Source of the DNA: an uncultured Burkholderiaceae bacterium
GTDB lineage: Bacteria; Pseudomonadota; Gammaproteobacteria; Burkholderiales; Burkholderiaceae_C
Assembly (NCBI GenBank): GCA_964480105.1
Contig: CAYZPX010000001.1
Coordinates: 18,163-82,162 of the forward strand
Reading direction: 5' to 3'
DNA: 64,000 bases
The first letter of the stretch is position 1, and each line of letters begins with the position of its first letter. The notes under the pieces are model-generated. The model was not told the origin of the DNA, searched no databases, and saw only the letters and a program-made list of their open reading frames with translations. The position numbers were made by a program, and so were the translations under genes. Positions 22,945 to 32,662 of the stretch are shown here, one piece after another.

Positions 22945-23595
22945 ATGACACAAGACACCACGAAGCAGCGCGCCGCCGCTGTGGACTGGCTCATCGTTGA
23001 GAAAGACTACCGCGCTGGCATCAAGAATCTGCGCCAAATCGGGGCAGAGAACAACATCACCGAGGGAGCTATTCGCAAGCGCGCAAAGCGTGATGGATGG
23101 ACCCGAGACCTTGCTGCCCGCATACAGGCCAAGGCGGAAGACTTGGTACGCAAAGAGGAAGTACGCAAGGCGAGTACGCAAACAAGCCTGGACGTACCAA
23201 CCGAGCGCCAAGTCGTTGAGGTCAACGCCCACGCCGTAGCCCATGTGGACCTCACGAACCGCAAGGATGTACTGAGAGGCATGGATGTCAGTCGCCAGCA
23301 CATCGAGGAGCTGGCTGCACTGAATGACCCGACCTTTCGGGAGCGCCTGGAGTGGCTTGGTCAAGTCATGGATGAGTCTGGCAAGGATGAAGAGACTGGC
23401 CGGGAGATCAAAGACAAAGCCAACGAACTGTACCGCTACATCATCGATATGCCTGGTCGGGTCAAGATGGCAAAGGAGGTCGCAGCGGCAGTTGGTGTGT
23501 ATGTGCCGATGATGCGCAAGATCTACAAGCTGGATGCAGAGGCAAACAGCGGTGCGTCGGCAGTGGAAGACCTCCTGCGCAACCTGGGGTCTTGA
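22945..23595 (+). CDS. terminase small subunit
   Basis: 216 aa. The N-terminal HTH-like ITEGAIRKRAKRDGW is common in TerS. Immediately upstream of TerL and overlapping it. Confidence 0.6.
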   Translation: MTQDTTKQRAAAVDWLIVEKDYRAGIKNLRQIGAENNITEGAIRKRAKRDGWTRDLAARIQAKAEDLVRKEEVRKASTQTSLDVPTERQVVEVNAHAVAHVDLTNRKDVLRGMDVSRQHIEELAALNDPTFRERLEWLGQVMDESGKDEETGREIKDKANELYRYIIDMPGRVKMAKEVAAAVGVYVPMMRKIYKLDAEANSGASAVEDLLRNLGS

Positions 23596-25115
23596 TGACG
23601 GACCACCGCTTGGAGGGACTTCGCCGGCTCAAAAACAGCCTGGAGCTTTTCTCGGCCCATTGCCTGAAGATCGCAGACAAGGAAGGCAAGACCACCCCAT
23701 TCGTGTGGAACCGGGCGCAGCAGTACGTGCATGAGCGCCTGGAGGAGCAGAAGGCCAAGACCGGCAAGGTCCGGGCGCTTGTATTGAAAGGGCGTCAGCA
23801 AGGAATATCGACTTACTGCGCCGCCCGCTTCTACCACCACACGACGATGACACCGGGCCGCAAGGCGCTGATCGTTGGGCACGAGCAGAAGTCCACGGAC
23901 AGCCTGTTCGGGATGGTGAAGCGCTACCACGCGAACAACCCGCTGGGCATCAGCACCGGGGCGACGAACGCCAAGGAACTGGTTTTCGACAAGCTGGACG
24001 GCGGCTACAAGCTGGCCACGGCTGGAAGTGACGACGTGGGCCGGGGAAACACCGCCCAGGTTGCGCACTTGTCCGAATTTGCTTTCTGGAAGAACGCCCA
24101 GAAGCACATGGCCGGCTTGGGCAACACGATTGCCGACATCGACGGCACGGAAATCATCATCGAGTCCACGGGCAATGGCCTGGGCAATGCGTTTCACTTG
24201 ATGTGGCAGATGGCTGAAGCAGGGCAGGGTGACTGGATCGCCATCTTTGTGCCCTGGTTTTGGCAAGACGAGTACCGGGCAGCGGTCAAAGAGGATTTTG
24301 AGCAGGCCCTGAGCGACGAGGACAAGGCTTATCAGGAAGCTCACGGGCTTGACCTGGAGCAGATGCAGTGGCGGGCGAACAAGATCGCCACCTACGGCGC
24401 AGGGTATTCCTGGCTCTTTAACCAGGAGTACCCGGCAACGCCGGCCGAAGCCTTTGTCAGCAGCACAAGCAACCCGCTGATTTCGCCCACGCTGGTGATG
24501 GCGGCGGTCAACAGCGACTACCGCGACCTGAGTGGCCCGCTGATCATTGGATGCGACCCGGCCGGCGACGGCGCAGAAGGCGCTGACCGCACTGCAATCG
24601 CCTTCCGTCAAGGCCGAGTGGCCAAGCGCATCGAGTACCACAGCGCCCTGAGCACGATGCAGATCGCCGGGAGACTGGCCGAGTACCACGCCCAGTACAA
24701 ACCGGCCGCCATCTTCGTGGACAAGGGTGGCCTTGGCGCTGGCGTCTATGACCGGCTGCGCGAACTGGGAATCCCGGTGATCGGGGTCAACAGCGCAACC
24801 CGGGCCAACGACCACGAGCGCTACGAGAACAAACGGGCGGAAATGTGGTGGCTGATGCGAGAGTGGCTGGAAGACCAGCCCTGCCGACTGCCCAACAACA
24901 TGGCCCTGGTGGCAGACATCACAAGCCCGCAGCCCAAGGTATCCAGCAATGGCCGACGCCTGCTGGAGAAGAAAGAAGACATGCAAAAGCGAGGACTCCG
25001 AAGCCCAGACGGCGCGGATGCCCTGGCTTTGACCTTTGCCGAGCCGGTCGCCGCTGAGGCGGTGGGCTTGCACATCAGGCGCGCGCCATCCCAAACGAGC
25101 GTGGCCGGCTACTGA
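23595..25115 (+). CDS. terminase large subunit
   Basis: ATG 23595 overlaps the TerS stop. LVLKGRQQGIST is Walker-A-like, IIESTGNG follows, and the nuclease half has IGCDPAGDG. Confidence 0.85.
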   Translation: MTDHRLEGLRRLKNSLELFSAHCLKIADKEGKTTPFVWNRAQQYVHERLEEQKAKTGKVRALVLKGRQQGISTYCAARFYHHTTMTPGRKALIVGHEQKSTDSLFGMVKRYHANNPLGISTGATNAKELVFDKLDGGYKLATAGSDDVGRGNTAQVAHLSEFAFWKNAQKHMAGLGNTIADIDGTEIIIESTGNGLGNAFHLMWQMAEAGQGDWIAIFVPWFWQDEYRAAVKEDFEQALSDEDKAYQEAHGLDLEQMQWRANKIATYGAGYSWLFNQEYPATPAEAFVSSTSNPLISPTLVMAAVNSDYRDLSGPLIIGCDPAGDGAEGADRTAIAFRQGRVAKRIEYHSALSTMQIAGRLAEYHAQYKPAAIFVDKGGLGAGVYDRLRELGIPVIGVNSATRANDHERYENKRAEMWWLMREWLEDQPCRLPNNMALVADITSPQPKVSSNGRRLLEKKEDMQKRGLRSPDGADALALTFAEPVAAEAVGLHIRRAPSQTSVAGY

Positions 25116-25127
25116 GAGGACCAAGAT

Positions 25128-25919
25128 ATGACAGGCAATGAATACGATTTCGTTGGTGAATTTGAGACCAAGCGAGCCAACGACGGCTATGGCCTGGTGA
25201 TGGACAAAGGCACTGCTGAAAAGCAAAAGATGGCCGAGGTGTTCAATGCTCCCGACGTCGGCACGATGGACACGACGGCCGAAGAGGAAGAGCCTGCCGC
25301 GCCCGCCTTGGATGTGCCTGCCGAGTCGGAGACTCCTACTGCAGGCGAAGTGGCTACTGCTGACAGCCTGGGCGAAGGCGAAACCATCGTTGGGTCTGCT
25401 GATCCTGTCGTTGGTGGCCCCATTGCTGAATCCGCAGTCAAGGGCGAGGCCCTGCCTGCTGCCGAACCCGTCAAGGGCATGAGCTTTGGCGAGGCCTTCA
25501 AGAAGTACCGCGCTGCAGGAAAAAAGGATTTCCCCTGGACGAACCCAAAGACGGGAAAGACAAGCATCTACAGCACCGCCTTGAAGAGCGAGAAGGCCAA
25601 ACCACTGCCCAAGGCCGCGCCCGTCGCAGCGCCTGCAGAGGAGCCCACACCCCAGGCCATCGCCGTGGAAGTCTTCAGGCTGCAAGATGAGCCCGCGCCG
25701 GCCACTGGCCCAGCCCGCTCGACTGGTGGCATTGGCCCAGACCTGAATCCCGCCATGCAGCCCAAGCCAGGTGCAAAGGGCATCTACGCCAATGTCGGCG
25801 TGAGCGCCCCGCAAAAGCAGGTGGCCCCCATCAATGTGACCGGCAAGGACGGCAACGCCCGCCCCGCCGAGAGCGTGGCCGAAGTGATGGCCGCCCGGAA
25901 GGGTGCTCGCGGTGGCTGA
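25128..25919 (+). CDS. Ala/Pro/Glu-rich hypothetical protein between terminase and portal
   Basis: 263-aa ORF, low complexity apart from FGEAFKKYRAAGKKDFPWTNPKTGK. Confidence 0.6.
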   Translation: MTGNEYDFVGEFETKRANDGYGLVMDKGTAEKQKMAEVFNAPDVGTMDTTAEEEEPAAPALDVPAESETPTAGEVATADSLGEGETIVGSADPVVGGPIAESAVKGEALPAAEPVKGMSFGEAFKKYRAAGKKDFPWTNPKTGKTSIYSTALKSEKAKPLPKAAPVAAPAEEPTPQAIAVEVFRLQDEPAPATGPARSTGGIGPDLNPAMQPKPGAKGIYANVGVSAPQKQVAPINVTGKDGNARPAESVAEVMAARKGARGG

Positions 25920-28107
25920 CGTGTACGGTGTCGTGGCGGAGGAGGTTTTCACTGCCGACCGCGATACTGCGGTGGACGTGCAACCCCTGGGAGCCATGCT
26001 CCTGGGCGAGTACGTCCGCGCCAAGTCCGACCGCCAGAACACGGAACTGCGCTGGCTGGATGACCTGCGCCAGTACAAAGGCCAGTACAGCGACGAGGAA
26101 AAGAAGCTGATGCGCGGCTCCAGCCGGGCTTTTGTTCGCAAGACGCGCACAAAGGTCAAGACGGTGGATGCCCGTGTGGCAGACATGCTTTTCCCTGCGG
26201 GCGGCCAGCGCAACTGGAACATCGCCCCGACGCCCATCCCGAATCTGAGCACCCAGCAGCAGCAGGCCGTGGCCCAAATGCTGCAGGCGGCCGAGCAGGG
26301 TGGAAAGCAGATTGACGACGCTGCGATCAAGGAAGCCGTGGACCGCGTGGCCAAGGAAGCCGCGCAGAAAATGGCCGACCTGGTGCATGACCAGCTGACA
26401 GAGACGCGCTACCGCAAAGAAGCCCTGAAGGCAATCCACGACTGCCACCTGTACGGCACGGGCATCCTCAAAGGCCCCGCGGTGGACCGCAAGGCCCGCA
26501 CTGTCTTCAAGAAAGACAAGAACGGCCAGTTCAGGGCATCGACCGAATACTACGTCACGCCAGAGATTGAGCATGTCCCCCTTTGGGATGCCTTCCCAGA
26601 CATGAGCAGTGCCGAACTGGACAACTGCCGCTACTTCTGGCAGCGCCACATCATGAGCGCCGCAGACCTGGCCGAGCTGTCTGACCGCCCGGGGTTCAAG
26701 TCGGCGTCCGACCGCATCCGCACCTACCTGCGGGCGCATCCAACTGGCCACACGACGGCCCTGTATTCGGACTCCGAGCTGCGCAAGATCGGCAACCGCA
26801 TCACAGCCGACATCGTTCATTCTGGCTACGAGGTGCTGGAGCGCTGGGGCTGGCTCACTGGAGAGCAGCTGTGCTCTATCGGAGTCAAGATTGAGGAAGA
26901 CCGCAAGCACGAGAGCTTTTTCGGCTGCGTCTGGATGCTGGCCAATGGCGAGGTGATTCGCGCCCACCTGGCCAACATTGACGGCACGACCTGGCCGTTC
27001 CACCTGTACCACTTCGACAAAGACGAGACATCGTTCTTCGGAGAGGGCCTGGCGTCCATCATGCGTGACGACCAGCAGATGATCAACGCGGCTACCCGCA
27101 TGTTGCTGGACAACGGCGCATTGGCCAGTGGTCCCATGTTCGAGGTGAACCCCAGCCTGCTGGCCACTAGCGAAGCAGCCAGCCTTGGAGACATCCACGC
27201 ATGGCGCATTTGGCTGCGCAACAGCCAGAGCCCTGGCGTTCGTGCCGTTTCGCCTATTTCGATTGACGGTCGCTTGGCTGATCTCCAGGGCATCAAGACG
27301 ATGTTCGAGAACAATGCCGACGAGACAACGGCGATCCCGCGCTACATGAGCGGGGAGAACGCTACGTCCGGCGCTGCAGGCACCGCAAGCGGCATGTCCA
27401 TGCTGATGGGTGCGGCCAACATCGTCATCAAGGACTTGATCACCAGCTGGGATGAAGGCGTCACCCGCCCCTTGATCGAGGCGATGTACCGCTGGAACAT
27501 GACCTACAGCAAGGACGACGCCATCAAGGGCGACTACCAAGTCGCTGCGACTGGCACAACCAGCCTGGTGGCCAAGGAAGTCCGCGCCCGCCAGTTGAAC
27601 GATTTTGCGGCAATGACAGCCAACCCGCTGGACGCGCCTTTCATCAAGCGTGACGTGCTGAACCGACTGCGCGGCGAAGCCAACGAGCTGGCCGACGTGG
27701 TGAAGACCCAGCAAGAAGTCGAGCAGGAGCTGAAAGCGGCCCAGAACGAGGGCGCCCAGGCCATGCAGCAGCAGATGCTGCAGATCCAGCTCCAGGAAGC
27801 CATGGCAAAGGCCCAGGAAGTCGCCGCCCGTGCAGAGCTGCAGATGGCCCGCGCTAAGGAGGCCCTGGCCAATGTGGAACTGACCGCGGCCAAGAAGCTG
27901 GACCTGACTATGGAAGCGATGTACGCCGCCATGCAAGCCGCTGGTGTCGCCGCGCAGAGCCCGCAAGTGGCGCCCGTGGCCGACGCGATGCTGCAGGAAG
28001 CGGGCTTTGGCCAGTCGCCTCAGCCGCAGAGCCCCAATCCAGCCACCGGCCAAGAGGGTGCGCGGGCAGGGATCGAGACCGCTGAACTGGTGGACGGTGC
28101 GCAATGA
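25903..28107 (+). CDS. portal (head-tail connector) protein, T7-type; start uncertain
   Basis: RWLDDLRQYKGQYSDEEK...SSRAFVRKTRTKV...DMLFP matches the podovirus connector N-terminus I recall. About 730 aa, sits after the terminase. Confidence 0.8.
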   Translation: MLAVADVYGVVAEEVFTADRDTAVDVQPLGAMLLGEYVRAKSDRQNTELRWLDDLRQYKGQYSDEEKKLMRGSSRAFVRKTRTKVKTVDARVADMLFPAGGQRNWNIAPTPIPNLSTQQQQAVAQMLQAAEQGGKQIDDAAIKEAVDRVAKEAAQKMADLVHDQLTETRYRKEALKAIHDCHLYGTGILKGPAVDRKARTVFKKDKNGQFRASTEYYVTPEIEHVPLWDAFPDMSSAELDNCRYFWQRHIMSAADLAELSDRPGFKSASDRIRTYLRAHPTGHTTALYSDSELRKIGNRITADIVHSGYEVLERWGWLTGEQLCSIGVKIEEDRKHESFFGCVWMLANGEVIRAHLANIDGTTWPFHLYHFDKDETSFFGEGLASIMRDDQQMINAATRMLLDNGALASGPMFEVNPSLLATSEAASLGDIHAWRIWLRNSQSPGVRAVSPISIDGRLADLQGIKTMFENNADETTAIPRYMSGENATSGAAGTASGMSMLMGAANIVIKDLITSWDEGVTRPLIEAMYRWNMTYSKDDAIKGDYQVAATGTTSLVAKEVRARQLNDFAAMTANPLDAPFIKRDVLNRLRGEANELADVVKTQQEVEQELKAAQNEGAQAMQQQMLQIQLQEAMAKAQEVAARAELQMARAKEALANVELTAAKKLDLTMEAMYAAMQAAGVAAQSPQVAPVADAMLQEAGFGQSPQPQSPNPATGQEGARAGIETAELVDGAQ

Positions 28108-28307
28108 GTGTCACGACGCCTGAGCAGCTGCTAGGTGAATACGCCGCAACCCCCCAGAACCGGGCGGCCGTAGTGGTGATTGACCGCCGCATCGAATCCC
28201 TGCGCGACCAGCTGGAGTGCTGTGACGCCGAAGAAATGACGCGCAACCAGGGTGCCATTGCTGCCCTGCGCTCGTTGCGCCGCCTGCTGTGCGGCCAGCC
28301 CGAATAG
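28104..28307 (+). CDS. small hypothetical head-module protein
   Basis: 67 aa, ATGA overlap with the portal gene. Confidence 0.55.
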   Translation: MSVTTPEQLLGEYAATPQNRAAVVVIDRRIESLRDQLECCDAEEMTRNQGAIAALRSLRRLLCGQPE

Positions 28308-28384
28308 ATACCTCACCCCCCGCTGCAAGGCGGGACAGTTGAGCCGGGGGTTCCCGGCCTTACCCCCGAAGAAAGGACGTCCAC

Positions 28385-29263
28385 ATGGACCCGAAAAAAG
28401 AGTACGCCCAGGCGTTTGACGACGAGATGGCAATCGAGAACGGTGCAATCACCGAAGACGATGTGGCAGCCGAGGGCCTGATTCCTGACGGCCTGGAAGC
28501 CGAGGCACCTGCCATGGCCGCCGAGGCTGCCGAAGAAGGCGAGACTGTGACCGAGGAAGCCGCTGAAGAAATGGCCGAAGGTGCTGAAGAAGCGCCTGAA
28601 GTTGCCGCTGAAGCCGCTCCTGCCGCTCCTGCGCCCGACATCGAGAAGGAAATCCAGCGCCTGAAGTCCTGGGAAGGACGACTCAAAGCCCGCGAAGCAG
28701 AACTGAAGGCCCGTGAAGCCGAATCCGCCAGCGGTGAAGACGCTCCCGCTAGCGATGCCGCCCAGGCCGTCGAGCAAGTGGCCGACGCCGTGGCATCCGG
28801 TCAACCTATGGACGATGCCCTGGCCCAGATCGAAGCCGACTTTGGCCCCGAGTTCGTGCAGGCCTTGACCGCCCTGGTGTCTGCCCAAGCAGCCCGGGTG
28901 GTGGATGAGAAGGTGGGCGCCGTCAATTCCGACGTGGCCAGCCTGATCGATGCCCTGAAGAGTGACAAGCAGCGCGAGCACTTTGAATACATCGCTGAAA
29001 AGCACGCCGACTTCATGGAAGTGGGCTCCAGCCCTGAGTTCCAGGACTGGGTGAAGCAAAAGGGCGAGGAGGCCCAGAACATCGTCAACGTGGGCAGCGC
29101 GCGCCAAGTGTGCGCCCTGCTGGACGAGTTCAAGAAGGGCGCGCACAAGGGCGATCCGGCAGAAGAGGGCGCGGTTTCTGTGCCCAGCCGCTCTGGCGGC
29201 CTGCGCCTGCCTGACAAGCCTGCTTCCAGCGACGACTACCTGAGCGCCTGGGAAGACGCCTAA
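28385..29263 (+). CDS. scaffolding protein (putative)
   Basis: 292 aa, very acidic, Ala/Glu-rich and helical. Located between the portal and major capsid genes. Confidence 0.55.
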   Translation: MDPKKEYAQAFDDEMAIENGAITEDDVAAEGLIPDGLEAEAPAMAAEAAEEGETVTEEAAEEMAEGAEEAPEVAAEAAPAAPAPDIEKEIQRLKSWEGRLKAREAELKAREAESASGEDAPASDAAQAVEQVADAVASGQPMDDALAQIEADFGPEFVQALTALVSAQAARVVDEKVGAVNSDVASLIDALKSDKQREHFEYIAEKHADFMEVGSSPEFQDWVKQKGEEAQNIVNVGSARQVCALLDEFKKGAHKGDPAEEGAVSVPSRSGGLRLPDKPASSDDYLSAWEDA

Positions 29264-29485
29264 GCGCTCCTGATTTCCCCAACGGCCCGCCGGGGCCTTT
29301 TGACCCGGCAACCCGAGAGCGATTGAGACGCGCAACACGACCAGCAAGCCTCGCAGGCCGATACCCGAAAGGGCCGGCAGATGCGGGGCTTTGTTGTCTG
29401 ACGTGGTGCATACGTCCGCGTCGCTGCGGTGACTCCCGCTCCCGAAAGGGGGCGATTGACAACGTAGCAAACAAGGACATTCACC

Positions 29486-30469
29486 ATGCCTACCACCTCG
29501 TTTGGCGATATTTCGCCACGTACCGCTGCTTACGCAGCCAAAGAACTCCTGCGCCGCGGCCAGCCCTACCTGGTGCTGGAAAAGTTCGGCCAATCCAAGG
29601 TTCAGGACGCCAACACCGGCCTGATCCAGAAATTCCGCCGCTATGAAGCGCTGCCCACCACTCCCAAGGTGCTGCAAGAAGGCGTGACCCCAGCTTCGAC
29701 CAAGCTGACCCACACCGACGTGACCGCCACCCTGACCCAGATGGGCGACGTGGTGACCCTGACGGACATCGTTCTCGACACCCACGAGGACAAGGTTTTG
29801 ATGGAAACCATGGGCCTGCTGGGCGAGCAATCGGCTCAGATGGTGGAGCGTATGCGCTTCGGCATTCTCAAGGCCGGCACCAACGTGTTGTACGCGAATG
29901 GATCTTCGCGCGCCGCAGTCAACACACCCATCAGCGTTGCCTTGCAGCGCCGTGCCGTGAAGGCTCTGAAGCGCCAGAACGCTTCCCAGATCACCACCAT
30001 CGTGCGCTCGACTCCCGCTTATGGCACTGAGAACGTGGCGCCTGCTTTTGTGGCCCTCATCCACCCTGACCTGGAAGCCGATGTGCGTAGCCTGCCTGGC
30101 TTCACCCCCGCTGAGAAGTACGGCACGATTTCCCCCTGGGAAAACGAGCTGGGCAAGCTGGACGACGTGCGCTATGTCACTTCGACCATCTTTGAGGCAT
30201 GGGCCGACGCCGGCGGTGCAGCTGGTGCGATGCAGTCCACGACCGGCACCAATGCCGACGTGTACCCCATCCTGTTCCTGGGTCGTGACGCCTACGGCAT
30301 CATGGCTCACAAAGGGGCTTTTGCCGTGACCCCCACCGTGGTCAACCCCAAGCCCAGCGACTCCGACCCACTGGGTCAGCGTGGCCATGCCGGTTGGAAG
30401 ACCCTGCAAACGGCGCTGATCTTGAACGACGCCTGGATGGTGCGCGGCGAGGTCGCTGCCACTGCCTGA
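29486..30469 (+). CDS. major capsid protein (N4-gp56-like family)
   Basis: 327 aa. RTAAYAAKELLRRGQPYLVLEKFGQSK...KFRRYEAL matches that capsid family from memory. Followed by a strong terminator. Confidence 0.8.
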   Translation: MPTTSFGDISPRTAAYAAKELLRRGQPYLVLEKFGQSKVQDANTGLIQKFRRYEALPTTPKVLQEGVTPASTKLTHTDVTATLTQMGDVVTLTDIVLDTHEDKVLMETMGLLGEQSAQMVERMRFGILKAGTNVLYANGSSRAAVNTPISVALQRRAVKALKRQNASQITTIVRSTPAYGTENVAPAFVALIHPDLEADVRSLPGFTPAEKYGTISPWENELGKLDDVRYVTSTIFEAWADAGGAAGAMQSTTGTNADVYPILFLGRDAYGIMAHKGAFAVTPTVVNPKPSDSDPLGQRGHAGWKTLQTALILNDAWMVRGEVAATA

Positions 30470-30490
30470 TACGCGCAATCCCCACCCACA

Positions 30491-30522
30491 GCCCCGAGTG
30501 CCAAAAGCCTCGGGGCTTTTTC
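30491..30522 (+). terminator. intrinsic terminator after the capsid gene
   Basis: GCCCCGAG-10 nt-CTCGGGGC followed by T5. Confidence 0.8.
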
Positions 30523-30547
30523 TTTGCCCCTTCACCGAGACACCGCA

Positions 30548-30862
30548 ATGAGCAATACCACCGACATTTCCGACATCGACACCGCAGAAGCCGTCAAGCC
30601 CGCCAAGCGCGCAACCAAAGCGCCTGCAGCCGATGGCCGCAAGATCGTCACCATCCACCCAGGCAGTGAGAGTGACGGTATGGCGCCAGTCAAGATTGGC
30701 GTGAATGGCGAACTGCTGCTGGTGCCCCGCAACATGCCCGTCCAGCTACCTGACGAGGCCATCGAGGTGCTGCGCAATGCGGTTTACACCGAATACCGCG
30801 AGGTCAACGGCGAATACCAGCCGTACCACCGCCAGCGCTTTAGCTTCACCATCGAAGGCTGA
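30548..30862 (+). CDS. hypothetical head protein
   Basis: Start taken at ATG 30548, after the terminator. 104 aa. Confidence 0.55.
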   Translation: MSNTTDISDIDTAEAVKPAKRATKAPAADGRKIVTIHPGSESDGMAPVKIGVNGELLLVPRNMPVQLPDEAIEVLRNAVYTEYREVNGEYQPYHRQRFSFTIEG

Positions 30863-30872
30863 TCGGTAAGCC

Positions 30873-31484
30873 ATGCGGCTCGAAGCGCTCTCGCCCCTAG
30901 TGCTGCCGGAGGTCATTGGCTGCCCGCATCCAACCCTGATGCTGCACTTGGCCATGGCTTCGCAGCGCTTTTTCATGGAAACGGGCGCCTGGGTGGTGAT
31001 GGCAGACGAGCAGATCACCACCGATGGCTTGACCGAGTACGAGTTGGAGCCTGCCCAAGATGCCATGGTCCTGCGCGTGCGCGATGCCTGGCTGGATGGC
31101 ATCTTGCTGCAGCCTGCCAAGGCCACCACGGCTTTCGAGCGCAATGCCAATGCTGCTGGCTACACCCACTACGACGACCGCCAGGTCATCCGCCTGGAGG
31201 GCAAGCCACGTCAAGGCCAACGGCTGCAACTGCGGCTGGTGATGGCCCCCAAGCTCACCTCCACCACGATCCCAGACGCCATGGGTATGCGTTACCAGAC
31301 TGGCATCGCACATGGGGCAAAGGCCACCTTGATGGTGATTTCAGGCCAAGTCTGGACCAACCCGCAGCTGGCGGGATACCACCAGCAGATGTTCGAGCGC
31401 GCAGTGAGCGACGCCCGGATAGATGCCATCAAGGACGGAGTGGACCTTCCGCTGACCGTCACTAAGCGCCGCTTTTCTTACTGA
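30873..31484 (+). CDS. hypothetical virion (head-completion or adaptor) protein
   Basis: 203-aa ORF in the structural operon. Confidence 0.6.
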   Translation: MRLEALSPLVLPEVIGCPHPTLMLHLAMASQRFFMETGAWVVMADEQITTDGLTEYELEPAQDAMVLRVRDAWLDGILLQPAKATTAFERNANAAGYTHYDDRQVIRLEGKPRQGQRLQLRLVMAPKLTSTTIPDAMGMRYQTGIAHGAKATLMVISGQVWTNPQLAGYHQQMFERAVSDARIDAIKDGVDLPLTVTKRRFSY

Positions 31485-31495
31485 GAGGAATCCAT

Positions 31496-32188
31496 ATGGC
31501 CATAGCAGCCCAAGCCATCATCCGGCGTGTCGTAGAGACGCTGCAGGACAACACCAGCATCCGCTGGCCCATCAACGAGCTGGTGCGGTATCTGAACGAC
31601 GGGCAGCGCGAAGTCGTTTTGCACCGCCCTGACTCCATGGTCACGAACGCGACCAAGGATCTCGTCACCGGCTCCAAGCAAACCCTGCCTGACGGCGGCT
31701 CCAAGCTGATCGAGGTGGTTCGCAACTCCAATGGCAAGGCCGTGCGCCTGACCAACCGCGAGATTCTGGACGCCCAAACCCCCGGCTGGCACACCATCAC
31801 TGGCTCCACCACAGTGCTGCACTACATGTACGACCCGCGTGACCCGCGCGTTTTCTATGTGTACCCCCCTGCAGCCGTCGGCGCCAAGCTGGAGATTGTC
31901 TATTCGGCCTACCCGACGGACATCACCGAGCCTGCAGACGGTGCGCTCTACACCGCTGTGACCGGAAACATCGGCCTGCCGGACATCTACGGCAACGTGC
32001 TCCAAGACTATTGTCTATACAGGGCATACACAAAAGACTCCGAGTACGCCGGCAACGCCCAGCGTGCCCAAGCCCACTACCAGGCGTTTGCCAACGCCTT
32101 GGGTATCGAGATCAAGGGGACCATCGCTGTCGCCCCTAACCCCATCCACAACCCCAATCGCCCGGCAATGACGGGCACGCCTAACTGA
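31496..32188 (+). CDS. hypothetical virion (adaptor-like) protein
   Basis: 230-aa ORF in the structural operon. Confidence 0.6.
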   Translation: MAIAAQAIIRRVVETLQDNTSIRWPINELVRYLNDGQREVVLHRPDSMVTNATKDLVTGSKQTLPDGGSKLIEVVRNSNGKAVRLTNREILDAQTPGWHTITGSTTVLHYMYDPRDPRVFYVYPPAAVGAKLEIVYSAYPTDITEPADGALYTAVTGNIGLPDIYGNVLQDYCLYRAYTKDSEYAGNAQRAQAHYQAFANALGIEIKGTIAVAPNPIHNPNRPAMTGTPN

Positions 32189-32199
32189 AGGAGAACGTC

Positions 32200-32595
32200 A
32201 TGGGTGCTTTTAGCAACTACCTCGAAGACAAGATCGTTGAGCATTTCCTGCGCAACAATGCCACAACACCGCCGACCACGGTGTATGTGGGCCTGTTTGA
32301 GTCCGACCCCGGTGAAGCCTCTGGCGGCACCGAAACGGCGTACACCAACTACGCACGCCAGACTTCTGCCTGGACGGCTATCGACGCCAACGGCCAGACC
32401 AAGAACTCGGGCACCATCACCTTCCCGGCCAACGGCAACGCTTCGGCCTCGGTGACCATCACCCACCTGTGCCTGTTTGACGCAGCCACAGCCGGTAACC
32501 GCCTGTTCTACGCAGCCCTGTCGGCCCCCAAGACACTGAGCCCCGGCGACGTGCTCTCGTTCGCCACCAACGCGGTGGTGTTCGGTCTGGACTGA
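32200..32595 (+). CDS. hypothetical virion protein
   Basis: 131-aa ORF. The pattern YLEDKIVEHFLRN...VYVGLF...ETAYTNYARQ...ITFPA recurs in phage structural modules I have seen. Confidence 0.6.
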   Translation: MGAFSNYLEDKIVEHFLRNNATTPPTTVYVGLFESDPGEASGGTETAYTNYARQTSAWTAIDANGQTKNSGTITFPANGNASASVTITHLCLFDAATAGNRLFYAALSAPKTLSPGDVLSFATNAVVFGLD

Positions 32596-32646
32596 TAGCC
32601 CATGAACCGCAGCGGCATCAATTCAAGTCAGCTCAACGGCCAGCGT

Positions 32647-32662
32647 CTGGCTGGCTGGCTGG
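32647..32662 (+). repeat. tetranucleotide repeat (CTGG)4
   Basis: Read directly: CTGGCTGGCTGGCTGG followed by GTGG. It lies at the junction of two reading frames of the next gene. Confidence 0.95.

Noticed and set aside
23523-30658. Very long minus-strand ORFs (23523..26354 at 943 aa, 25831..28104 at 757 aa, 28313..30658 at 781 aa) opposite the terminase, portal, scaffold and capsid genes.
   Set aside because: They are antisense to genes with clear motifs. Their translations are Gly/Arg/His/Leu/Ala-rich with no motifs. This is typical stop-poor antisense reading in high-G+C DNA.
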